A stretch of 63,533 bases of DNA, filler included, from Octopus bimaculoides (taxonomy: Eukaryota), in assembly GCF_001194135.2 (NCBI RefSeq). It is 5 parts of 5 records of this genome, joined end to end, with 100 filler letters (N's around TTAATTAATTAA, not from the genome) between each part and the next. Parts side by side here need not be neighbours in the genome. Positions count along the whole stretch, not along the records: positions 24,447 to 35,220 come from NC_068985.1; positions 35,321 to 48,150 come from NC_069005.1; 3 more parts are not named here. One strand, 5' to 3'. The notes under the pieces were generated by a model. The model did not search any database and was not told the origin of the DNA. It saw only the letters and a program-made list of their open reading frames with translations. A program made the position numbers and the translations under genes. Below, in pieces: positions 24,447 through 35,425 of the stretch (the first letter of the stretch is position 1; every line of letters begins with the position of its first letter).

Positions 24447-24764
24447 TTCTATTGGTCTATTTTGCCGAACCACTAAGTTACGGGGACGTAAACACACCAG
24501 CATCGGTTGTCAAGCGATGTTGTGGGGACAAACACAGACACACAACAAACACATACACACACACACATATATATATATACATATATATATATGCATATAT
24601 ACGACGGGCTTATTTCAGTTTCCGTCTACCAAATCCACTTACAAGGCTTTGGTTGGCCTGAGGCTATAGTAGAAGACACTTGCCCAAGTTGCCACGCAGT
24701 GGGAATGAACCCGGAACCATGTGGTTGGTAAGCAAGCTACTTACCACGCAGCCACTCCTGCGCC
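24447..24764 (-). mobile_element. SINE-B (3' end lost at the spacer)
   Basis: Reverse complement of AGGAGTGGCTGCGTGGTAAGTAGCTTGC...GGGTTCATTCCCACTGCGTGG..., internal (TA)/(TG) tract, GACAACCGATGCTGG. Confidence 0.9.
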
Positions 24765-24806
24765 TATGCATATACACATAAACACAAACACACACATATA
24801 TATATA

Positions 24807-25448
24807 CATGGTCTGATCAATAAGTATCCGGACTGCTGCCATAGTAACAAAGCTAAAGCGTACAGAATGAAGCTGCTTAGCACAGATTGACCCTGAACTC
24901 TGCTGTGCATGTGCACTAAGTTTTAATGTTCTAACTTACTTACGGTGTTTACAGCAGTGCTTGGAAGGAACGTGTGTAGTGTGTGATTGTTGCATTGACC
25001 TTGAATCTGCATCAGTTCAGTCCATTATCACTGGAGACACGTGTCTGCCAAGTTTGTGCCAAAACTGCTTTCAGCTGACAATGCACCTGCTCATTGAGCA
25101 CAACTCGTGCAGTAATTTTTGGCTAGGCACAACATTCCCCAGGTTCAACATCCTCCGTATATTCCCCAGATCTCACCCCTTGAGATTTTTTCATCTTTCC
25201 AAAAATCGAATTCCACTTGAAAGGAAGCAGATTTCAGGACATCGAGGAAATAAAAGTGAATGAAACGAGACAGCTGCTGATTATCCCAGAAAACGAGCTC
25301 CAGGAATGCTTCCACCAATGGAAACAGCACTGGATTAAGTGAGTGGCTTCTGAAGGTGACTACTTTGAAGGAGATTAAATGCCAAATTGGTATGTGTTGT
25401 AGTTTTATTTTTATAGCACCAGTCCGGATACTTATTGATCAGACCTTG
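24807..25448 (+). mobile_element. Internally deleted mariner element
   Basis: 26-bp perfect TIR core GGTCTGATCAATAAGTATCCGGACTG (24810-24835 and 25420-25445), TA at the left flank (TG at the right); transposase remnant DNAPAH...HPPYSPDLTP*DFFIFPKIEFHLKGSRFQDIEEIK...GDYFEGD*. Confidence 0.9.
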
Positions 25449-25457
25449 TGTATATAT

Positions 25458-25776
25458 CATCATCATCATCATCGTTTAACGTCCGCTTTCCATGCTAGCA
25501 TGGGTTGGACGATTTGACTGAGGACTGGTGAAACCAGATGGCAACACCAGGCTCCAATCTAATTTGGCAGAGTTTCTACAGCTGGATGCCCTTCCTAACG
25601 CCAACCACTCAGAGAGTGTAGTGGGTGCTTTTACGTGTCACCCGCACGAAAACGGCCACACTCGAAATGGTGTCTTTTATGTGCCACCCGCACAAACCAG
25701 TCCAGGGGCACTGGCAACGATCTCACTCGAAAATCCTACGGGAGCCAGTCAGGTGGTACTGGCAACGGCCACGCTC
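25458..25776 (-). mobile_element. SINE-like family E, (GAT)n tail
   Basis: Reverse complement contains GGTTGGCGTTAGGAAGGGCATCCAGC and ends GGAAAGCGGACGTTAAACGATGATG; the 5' part consists of short internal duplications. Confidence 0.8.
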
Positions 25777-25809
<33 letters not shown>

Positions 25810-27278
25810 TGTGTGTCCATTACATGTAATGCAAGCAGTATTGGACTAAAAATTAAAATAGCCATCTTTGTATCATACTTAATGTAAATACATCACAACA
25901 GGCAAATTTATTGCAGTATTTGTCCAGACAAAAAGGAATCTCTAATGGACATGTGTTTAAAACCACAATGTATATATCAGACAGAGAGAAAAAACATCTC
26001 AGCAGTAATCGGCAAGAATGCTAGATGTATGTGGACATGTGTGTGTGTGTGTGTTTAATAGTCACACAGACTCTACCATAGAGTAATTGTTTTAGTGCCA
26101 ATACACAATATCTGAAACCGTATCATAAGACAAAAATTTGCAACTCTGAAGAAATTGTAATCCTTTTTTTCTTTAATATGGAATTTTTTTTTTCACCACA
26201 GAACTGGTTTACATTATCTTCCTTGACAGGGATAGCTTGTGTGTGTGTGTGTGTGTGTGTGTGGAGAGAGAAAGAGAGAGAGAGAAAGGAGAGAGCTATT
26301 TTGGCAATATTTTTTCAGAGGATGTTTGTAAACAAACCATCAGGCAATGTGGAAAAAGGATGGTAATGGTCATGGTGGTAGTGGTGGTGGTGATGGTGGT
26401 GGAAGTGGTAATAAAGTGAGAGGGTAGGGGGGGACTGAAGAATAAATAAGTAAATAAATAAATAAATAAATAAATAAATATTTGAAAAAAGATTCAAAAG
26501 CAATATTTTTTTCCTCCAAAACTCTTGAAATGTAGCTGGTACTGCCACCTAAATTACTAATTTTGGAAAATTGGATTCTTTCTTTTTCCTTTCTTTTTTT
26601 TTTTTCTTCCACAGAATAGACAGAAAAAGGGAAATATATTTCTTAGTCCCTTAGGGATACNNNNNNNNNNATAACTCTTGGTATGAATCTTTCTTTAGTA
26701 GCTCCTGTCTTTTTTTTTTTTTCTTCTTATCTTTCCTTCTTTATTTTTAGGGTGGAGAAAGATGGGGAGGATGGTGCGGTATATTTGTATTTAGAGGGGG
26801 CAAGGAGAAGAGTGTGTTTGTGGTTGTACAAGAGAGAAGAGAAGAGAGAGAATATCTGAGATGAAGGCAAATAGAAAAAAAGAGAAGCAGGAAAAGAAAA
26901 CAGGAAGAAATGTACTTCTCTCTATACTCCACTCTTTCCACTCCCTCTATCTATCTATCTATCTATTTATCTATCTTGTAAACCTTTCATCTTCATTTGC
27001 AACACAGTCAGTCCCCTCCACACACACACACACACACACCAGTTACAGTATCTCTCATGGTATACGTCTTATTGAATTTCCCTAGTAAACATACAGTCTA
27101 AGATCTGTCTTAAACTAAGGAGAACAAAATGGATGCAGTGATAATCATGCCCTTCACAACGGTGGAATTGATGTCATATGTGAAGTGAAATAATTAATCT
27201 ACAAACTCTGCAAGCAGGCAACTACATATATATATATATATATATATACACATGCATAACAACTCATATATATATATA

Positions 27279-27790
27279 CAGGGTGTCCCAAAAAGATGTA
27301 CTCGCTCTTTGACTTCCCAGTACTCATGCATTTTGTGTTCAAGTAGATGTTTATTGATATAAATACAATCCTAAAAAGTTAAATTAAATTCAGGAAAATT
27401 GATTGTAGTAGAAACGATCATTTATTGTCATTTAGAATTATTTAATGTTCTCTCTCATTCCTGTGTGTTCGCAAACATTCAAACTGCCTTCCTTCATTTT
27501 CCAAACAAAGCTGCTTAGCACAGATTGATCCTGAACTCTGCTGAGCATGTGCACTAAGTTTTAATGTTCTAGCTTACTTCCGGTGTTTACAGTAGTCCGA
27601 CAATGGATTCAACAACATTGCCAAACATTTCATTTGGAATTGCAAGACATTGTATTCGAATTTCATTTTTCAAATCAATTGTCACTGGTTTTGCAGCATA
27701 GGAGAGGTAGCATTGAATTTCCTGCATGTTCCCCAGGCCTCACGCCAATGGATTTTTTTATGTGGCAGTATGACTTCAATAAATGAATGA
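27279..27790. mobile_element. Rearranged Tc1/mariner-superfamily remnant (rosa/DD41D-like)
   Basis: TA|CAGGGTGTCCCAAAA terminus; minus-strand C-terminus CLENEGRQFE; plus-strand VRQWIQQH...RRGSIEFPACSPGLTPMDFFMW (WPPRSPDLTPLDFFLWG-type motif); no second TIR found. Confidence 0.65.
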
Positions 27791-28052
27791 CAAAAAAAAA
27801 ACAGGGGTTTACTTCCATTAGCTTACAGCTGTTTCTGCTGTAAGAAACAATGCACTCAGAGCTACATGCTTGTACTACATCTTATAACTTCCTTGGAGCC
27901 ACTAAACTGAAGTGTATGTTTATTTCGGAAAGCAGTTAAATACATGGAGTCGGTTCCTCCTGACACTTTACTCTAAAGCATCGAGTTTACTGAGTTCTAA
28001 CAACTGGTTATTATCACTATACCTAAGTGAAATCATTATATATATGTGTGTG

Positions 28053-28084
<32 letters not shown>

Positions 28085-28597
28085 TACACATGTACACACA
28101 GACAAACATACGCACTCATTCGCATACACTTGCACAAACACACACTTATACTCATACACACAAACACTCACAAACATATATGTTCACACACATTTGACTA
28201 TATTCTTGTTTGATTGAAGACACACCCATGTTTCAGCAGGGGATAGTTAGTGAAAGAAACTGCTTAGCTTAACCAAACAACATTAGCCAAATTTCTATCC
28301 CTTAAAATATGAAATATGATACAGCAAGTGAGTACATATATTTATATGCAATGAACTTTCTACAATAATTATAATGCAGGCTACCTTGGTGAATTGATAT
28401 CGAAAGATAAAATCTCTTTAAAAAGGCCAACTTCTCCATAAAAACAGCAGTAGTCATGAAATATTGCAAAATAAATTTGCAAAATAAATTTGCAAAACTA
28501 CATAAATAAATGAAATTTGGAATGAAGTTTCATATAATGATGTCTTGTAAATGTTGAAGTCTTGGAAATCTTGTAAAGCTAGCAGAAAGTTCAGTTG

Positions 28598-28826
28598 CGG
28601 CGACCTGGCAGAAACGTTAGCACACCGGGTGAAATGCTTAGCGGTATTTCGTCTGCCGTTACGTTCTGAGTTCAAATTACGCCGAGGTCGACTTTGCCTT
28701 TCACCCTTTCGGGGTCGATAAATTAAGTACCAGTGACACACTGGGGTTGATGTAATCCACTTAATCCCTTTGTCTGTCCTTGTTTGTCCTCTCTATGTTT
28801 AGTCCCTTGAGGGCAATAAAGAAACA
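28598..28826 (+). mobile_element. Full-length SINE-A with type-3 tail and 14-bp TSD AGAAAGTTCAGTTG
   Basis: TSD at 28584-28597 and 28827-28840; tail TTTGTCCTCTCTATGTTTAGTCCCTTGAGGGCAATAAAGAAA. Confidence 0.92.
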
Positions 28827-29213
28827 AGAAAGTTCAGTTGTGAACTGTTTCTTGTCCATGTTGTGTATCCTCCTTCTGGTTCTTTAGTTGCTACTACAAT
28901 GTTTACTGCTCCTCCATATATCACCTGATCTATCCATCTGTCATTTCCTTTTCTCACCTAAACAGCTCTATAATTAATCACAGATATTATTGATGTTGCA
29001 AGGATATAGTATAGATTCTGAGAATATTATAGTAGTTTTTTTAAAATTGGTTTGGGGGACTTGGAATGTTTTGAGGTGTTTTTATTTATAATGCATGTAT
29101 GCTTGTGTAGTGGGAAGGATATATATTTCCCGTGTGTGTGTATGTGTGTATGTGTGTAAACAATACTGGTATGTAATGTATGCATGACTGAAGAGAAAAT
29201 GTTTGTGTACATA

Positions 29214-29379
29214 AGGAGTGGCTGTGTGGTAAGTAGCTTGCTTACCATCCACATGGTTCCGGGTTCAGTCCCACTGTGTAGCACCTTGGGCAAGTGTTTT
29301 CTACTATAGCCTTGGGCCGACCAAAGCCTTGTGAGTGGATTTGGTAGACGGAAACTGAAAGAAGCCCGTCGTATATATG

Positions 29380-29438
<59 letters not shown>

Positions 29439-29657
29439 ATGTTGGTGTGTCTGTGTTTGTCTCCCAACATCACTTGACAACTGATACTGGTGTGTTTACG
29501 TCCACGTAACTTAGCGGTTCAGCAAAAGAGACCGATAGAATAAGTACTAGGCTTACAAAGAATAAGTCCTGGGGTCGATTTGCTCGACTAAAGGCGGTGC
29601 TCCAGCATGGCTGCAGTCAAATGACTGAAACAAGTAAAAGAGAGTAAAAGAGTAAAA
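29214..29657 (+). mobile_element. Full-length SINE-B
   Basis: Head, internal (TA)n(TG)n, core and tail GGCGGTGCTCCAGCATGG..CAGTCAAATGACTGAAACAAG(TAAAAGAG)n. Confidence 0.92.
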
Positions 29658-29662
29658 ATATA

Positions 29663-30969
29663 TGAGTTAGTATCAAAAATCCCCGTACTAGTTCAGTAGT
29701 GCACCATCATACAGCAGCACACAGTTACGTGCACACTGAGTACTAGCAGTGACCTTCATGAGGCAGTGTGCCTGGTGGCATTGCTGCGTTTACTTTGCAA
29801 GTTGTCAAATTTGTATTTTTGTGATCACATTATGCTGTAGTCTGCAATTTTGTCATGAACAGGTTGTTGTTGTTGGCACTCCGTCACTTACAATGTCGAG
29901 GGTTCCACTTGATCCGATCAACGGAACAGCCTGCTCGTGAAATTAACGTGCAAGTCGCTGAGCACTCCACAGACACGTGTACCCTTAACATAGTTCTCGG
30001 GGAGATTCAGCGTGACACAGAATGTGACAAGATTGGCCCTTTGAAATACAGGCACAACAGAAACAGGAAGTAAGAGAGAGAGAAAGTTGTGGTGAAAGAG
30101 TACAGCAGGGTTCATCACCATCCCCTGGCGGAGCCTCGTGGAGCTTTAGGTGTTTTTGCTCAATAAACACTCACAACACCCGGTCTGGGAATCGAAACCG
30201 CGATCCTATGACCGCGAGTCCGCTGCCCTAACCACTGGGCCATTGCGCCTCCGCCATGAACAGGAACAAAGAACCAATGTGAAATTTTGCACTTAACTTG
30301 GGAAGTCTGCTACAAAGACATTGAGCATGCTATGGCAAGCTTACAGAGATGAGGCAATGGGTGACACTCAATGTTTCAAGTGACATGGGTGCTTCAAAAG
30401 TGGAAGAACATTCCATGAAGACGATGAACGGGCTTCCTGATCTGCGAGAACTGCCATGAGTGTCGCCCCTGGAAATGTGGTATTGAGCATCGAGAATTTG
30501 TCGCCCAGGGCCAGACCATCAATTGAGAGTTCTACTGTGATGTTTGGAAGCATTTGTGGAAGGACATTTGGCAAAAGTGACCAAATCTGTGAAGAGCACA
30601 GAATTGGATTCTTCATGTAGTTCTCCTCACTTGTGAATTTCCCACCGAAAACAACATGGTATTACTTCTACACCCACCTTCTTCACCAGTTTTAACACCT
30701 GCAGGCTTCCATCTATTCTCCAAGATGAAAATACAGCTCAAAGGTCATTGTTTTAACACCATTGTTGAGATCAAGAGTGAATTGCAGAAGGTCCTCAACT
30801 CGCTTATGGAAAATGACTTCCAGGCTGGATTCCAAAAGTGGCAGGAACGCTGGGACCAATGTATTGCTATGCAAGGTGACTATTTCAAAGGAGATGATGT
30901 TTAAACTTTGGTAAATAAGTTATTTTCTATTATACATAACTAGTCCGGGAACCTTTTGATACCATCTCA
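29663..30969 (+). mobile_element. Internally deleted mariner element interrupted by SINE-C
   Basis: TA-flanked imperfect TIRs (TGAGTTAGTATCAAAAATCCCCGTACTAGTT and TGAGATGGTATCAAAAGGTTCCCGGACTAGTT); HTH remnant LGKSATKTLSMLWQAYRDEAMG...FKSGRTFHEDDER; C-terminus HPPSSPVLTPAGFHLFSKMKIQLKG...WQERWDQCIAMQGDYFKGD. Confidence 0.88.
29864..30252 (-). mobile_element. Full-length SINE-C with 10-bp TSD CATGAACAGG
   Basis: TSD at 29854-29863 and 30255-30264; (CAA)n tail; A and B boxes. Confidence 0.92.
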
Positions 30970-31102
30970 TACGTAATGCATGCGCATGCATATATATGTT
31001 TGTGCGATGCTTGTATGCAGTGTGTGCATGAGAGGAGGATGTGTACATGTGTATGTGACATGTAATGCATGTGTGAAGGCATGTGTGTGTTTGTGTAGGT
31101 GT

Positions 31103-31517
31103 AGGAGTGGCTGTGTGGTAAGTAGCTTGCTGAAGAACCACAAGGTTCCGGGTTCAGTCCCACTGCGTGGCAGCTTGGGCAAGTGTCTTCTACTATAGCC
31201 TTGGGCCGACCAAAGCCCTGTGAGTGGATTTGGTAGACGGAAACTGAAAGAAGCCCGTCGTATATATGTATATATATATATGTATGTGTGTGTATAAGTT
31301 TGTGTGTCTGTGTTTGTCCCCCCCAACATTACTTGACAACCGATACTGGTGTGTTTACATCCCCGTAACTTAGTGGTTCGGCAAAAGAGTCCGATAGAAT
31401 AAGTACTAGGCTTAAAAAGAATAAGTCCTGGGGTCGATTTGCTTGACTAAAGGCGGTGCTCCAGCATGGCCACAGTCAAATGACTGAAACAAGTAAAAGA
31501 GTAAAAGAGTAAAAGAG
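31103..31517 (+). mobile_element. Full-length SINE-B
   Basis: Same architecture as 29214-29657. Confidence 0.92.
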
Positions 31518-32074
31518 TGTGTATGTAATGTGTGTTAAAGGACGGATGCATGCATCAGCACGTAGTGTGTATAATGTGTTTGTGAAGATGCTTAATGTGT
31601 ATATGCATATATATATACGCATGTTTGTGTAAAGGGTGTGTGGACATGTGCATATGCATGCAATATGCATTATATGTGTAATATGTATGGGCATGTGCAT
31701 GTGTAATACATTTGTATAATGTGTGCATATGCATTTCATGCACATTCATGGGTGAATGTATGTCGGTGTGTATGTATGTATGTGTGTGCATGCGTAATGG
31801 TCTTTCACTCAACACAGTAAATTAACGAGAGAGAGACGCAAGCCAGAAATTATAGCCCAAGTGTGTCCCGAAATGTTAACGACCTACTAACGCTTCCCTA
31901 CAGTTTATCTGTGTCTCTTAGCCTGCCGGAACTGACTTGAGCTGACTTGGGCCTACGTGCTTCCCTTCCTGTGTCTTGGTCATTAGCTTGCCCCTCAGTA
32001 ATCAATATCTTTCACGTAACTTCCTATGTAATCAATAACACATGCATACAACTACCATCACAGCATCTCACCTC

Positions 32075-32169
32075 AACTATCATCATCATCATCATCATCT
32101 TCATCATCATTTCATCATCATCTAATCGTCATCTCATCACCATCTTCTGACAGATCACTAGCACAACAT

Positions 32170-32216
<47 letters not shown>

Positions 32217-32468
32217 TCACCACCACCATCACCATCGTTACCTTTATCACTGCTACTACCACCGTCACGATTACTACTATCATTATCATCACCACCACCA
32301 CCACCACCACCACCACTACTGCCACCATCACCACCACCAAAAACAACAACAACAACACCAAACCACCACAACTATTACCACCATCACTACTACTACAACA
32401 ACTATTGTCACCACCACCACTACCACCACCAACACAATGCTACTACTGGTCGATGCTATCTCTACAGA

Positions 32469-32508
<40 letters not shown>

Positions 32509-33127
32509 GTCAACAGTATCAACATCAACAAACTCATTGCCACAGCTACAACACCAACACTACCACTCAAGCATCACCATAATAACTGCGGACAATAAGA
32601 CCATCACCATCAAAGCCACTCCACCCATACCACACCACATCATACACCACTTAATACTATCACCAATACCATTACTACCACTATTAGTACTGCCACTACC
32701 ACGTAAGTATTGCTCCCACCACTATCCAGCACTACTACTATTTACTAGCACCAATACCATCCCTATCCAGTACTGTCACTAACTAATATTGTGACCACCA
32801 ACACCACCACCACTACCACTACCACCACAACAACCACAACCATTAACATTACTATCACTACTTAAATATTATTGCTGCCATTATCCAGTACTATCACCTA
32901 TACCACAACCCTCTCCCACATTTCACCACCGCAAAGTACTACCACAGATTTTGCTACTATCTAGCACTACCATCTATACTATGCTACTCCTCCACCACTG
33001 CTTCTACTAGCACCAATACTTTCATCACTACATAAGTACTACCACCAACACTTTAAATAAAAACCCCAATGATATCACCACTAACACCACCACCATCACC
33101 ACAACTGCTTACCACCACCACTGTCTT

Positions 33128-33163
<36 letters not shown>

Positions 33164-33293
33164 CCTCACTCTTTCTTTTTCTCTCACTTTCTCTCTTTCT
33201 CTCTCTCTTTCTGTCTGTCTGTCACTCTCTCTCTCTCTTTCTGTTTGTCTCTCTCTCTCTCTTTCTGTTTGTCTCTCTCTCTCTTTCTGTTTA

Positions 33294-33331
<38 letters not shown>

Positions 33332-33560
33332 CATATCTTTCTTTCTCTCTCGCTTTCTCTCTCTGTCACTGTCTGTTTGTCTCTCTCTTTCTCTCTCAAT
33401 TTCTGTCTCTCATGGTCTTTGCCTTTCTCTATCTCTCTCCCTCTCTTTCTTTCTCTCTCTCTCTTTCTCTCTCTGTCTCTCCCTCCCTCTATCTCTCTCT
33501 TTTTCTCTCCCACACTCTCTCTCTCTCCCGCTCTCCCTTCTCTCCCTTCTCTCCCTCTCC
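32075..33560. repeat. Degenerate trinucleotide mosaic (CAT/TAC/CAC/ACA) followed by a long CT/CTGT tract
   Basis: Directly visible; produces the poly-V/S/T/H and ER/SL ORFs. Confidence 0.9.
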
Positions 33561-34039
33561 GCAATGACCCATGGAGACAAGTAGAACATTTATTGGACAA
33601 TTAGCTAAACTGCCACTTGCAGCTGGTGTCGAGTGAAACTGCATATTTGACCATTACTTTCAGCTAATGTCATCATTAGTGCAGCAAATGCAGAAAATGC
33701 CATGTAGCGCATGATTGCACCAGTACTGAAAAACATGACTGACAAGAAAAATATAGACTGACATAATCTTACAATAGCAAGCCTGTTTTCTTTTTGTTGG
33801 TGTTTTGTAGCATGTGGGTGTGTCTGCATGTGGGTGTGTCTGCATGTGGGTGGTGTGTGGAGTTGTATGAGTGAGATGTGCATTGTGGGTGAAGTGCGTG
33901 TATGTATGTATGTATGTGTGGTATATGTTGTGTGTGTGTGTGTGTGTCTAGAGTATTGAGTGCTGAATATGTGCACATGAGCTGTGTGAATTGAATGATG
34001 TGTGTATTTGTAATGCATATATATGCAGTGTGCATGTAT

Positions 34040-34388
34040 GGTATGTCGTCATCGTCGTCGTCATCATCTTCATCAGCATCATTTAATGTCCATTTTCCAT
34101 GCTGGCATGGGCTGGACAGTTTGACAGGAGCTGGCCAACCATACATATATATATCTATATCTATCTATCTATCTATNNNNNNNNNNNNNNNNNNNNNNNN
34201 NNNNNNNNNNNNNNNNNNNNNNNNNNNNNNNNNNNNNNNNNNNNNNNNNNNNNNNNNNNNNNNNNNNNNNNNNNNNNNNNNNNNNNNNNNNNNNNNNNNN
34301 NNNNNNNNNNNNNNNNNNNNNNNNNNNNNNNNNNNNNNNNNNNNNNNNNNNNNNNNNTTAACATCCACGACGATGATGATATATATAT

Positions 34389-34447
<59 letters not shown>

Positions 34448-34881
34448 TTAACGTCCATTATCCATGCTGGCATGGGTTGGACGGTTTGACCAGGACTGGC
34501 AAGCTGAGGGGCTGCACCAGACTCCAGTTTTATTTAGCATGGCTTTCTATGGCTGGATGTTCTTCCTAATGCCAACCACTCCAAGAGTGTAATGGGTGCT
34601 TTTGCGTGCCACTGGTGCCCGTGCCAGTAGCATGACACCAGTATCTGCCATGACTACAATTTCACTTGGCTTGATGAGTCTTCCACTCAAGCCCGGCATG
34701 TTGCCGAAGGTCTCAGTTATTTGTCATTGCACCCATGTGACCCAACACTCGAAAGGTGCTTTTTAAATGTTTGTGTGTATGTGTGTGTGTGTGTGTACAT
34801 GTGTGCATGTGTGCGTGCATGCACGTGCACAAGTTTATGTGCATGTATGTGTGCCTATATATGTATACATGTATACATGTG

Positions 34882-34916
<35 letters not shown>

Positions 34917-35165
34917 ATGTGCGCGTGCACACACACACACACACATACACACACAACTCGCCCCCATGCCGGTGATACATAAAGGCACCCTTTACACTCT
35001 CAGAGTGGTTGACATTAGGTAGGGCATCCAGCAGTAGAAACCATGCCAAATCAGATTGAAGTCTAGTGCAACCCCTCAGCTTACTATCCCTGGTCAAACC
35101 GTCCAAATCATGCCAGCATGGACAATGGACATTAAAAGATGATGGTGATGATGATGATGATGATA
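34040..35165. mobile_element. Family E copies: 34040-34138 (-, partial), 34389-34760 (-), 34960-35165 (+)
   Basis: TTTAACGTCCATTATCCATGCTGGCATGGGTTGGACGG...CTGGATGTTCTTCCTAATGCCAACC and its reverse complement at 34975-35140. Confidence 0.82.
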
Positions 35166-35183
35166 TATATGTGTGGGGGGGGG

Positions 35184-35220
<37 letters not shown>

Positions 35221-35320
35221 NNNNNNNNNNNNNNNNNNNNNNNNNNNNNNNNNNNNNNNNNNNNTTAATTAATTAANNNNNNNNNNNNNNNNNNNNNNNN
35301 NNNNNNNNNNNNNNNNNNNN

Positions 35321-35425
35321 AGAGAGAGAGAAAGAGAGAGGGTGGGATAGAGAAAGAGAGAGGGTGGGATAGAGAAAGAGAGAGGGTGGGATAGAGAAAG
35401 AGAGAGGGTGGGAGAAAGAAAGAGA
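35321..35425. repeat. 22-bp minisatellite GAGAGAGGGTGGGATAGAGAAA, about 4 copies
   Basis: Directly visible. Confidence 0.85.

Noticed and set aside
28310-28441. Two-exon micro-ORF MKYDTA/SYLGELISKDKISLKRPTSP with a 52-nt GT-AG intron
   Set aside because: Only 26 aa with no homology I recognise; expected by chance.
12219-30264. SINE-C target preference for CCT (two TSDs start with CCT in SINE orientation)
   Set aside because: The third copy has TSD TGTACATAT, and the first C may come from the (CAA)n tail.
29214-31517. Two SINE-B copies flanking the mariner as LTRs or a composite transposon
   Set aside because: The copies differ at many positions, have SINE heads and tails, and share no outer TSD; they are independent insertions.
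32405-32782. Mucin-like S/T/P-rich ORF
   Set aside because: It lies in a degenerate trinucleotide mosaic with frequent frame switches and no splice or domain support.
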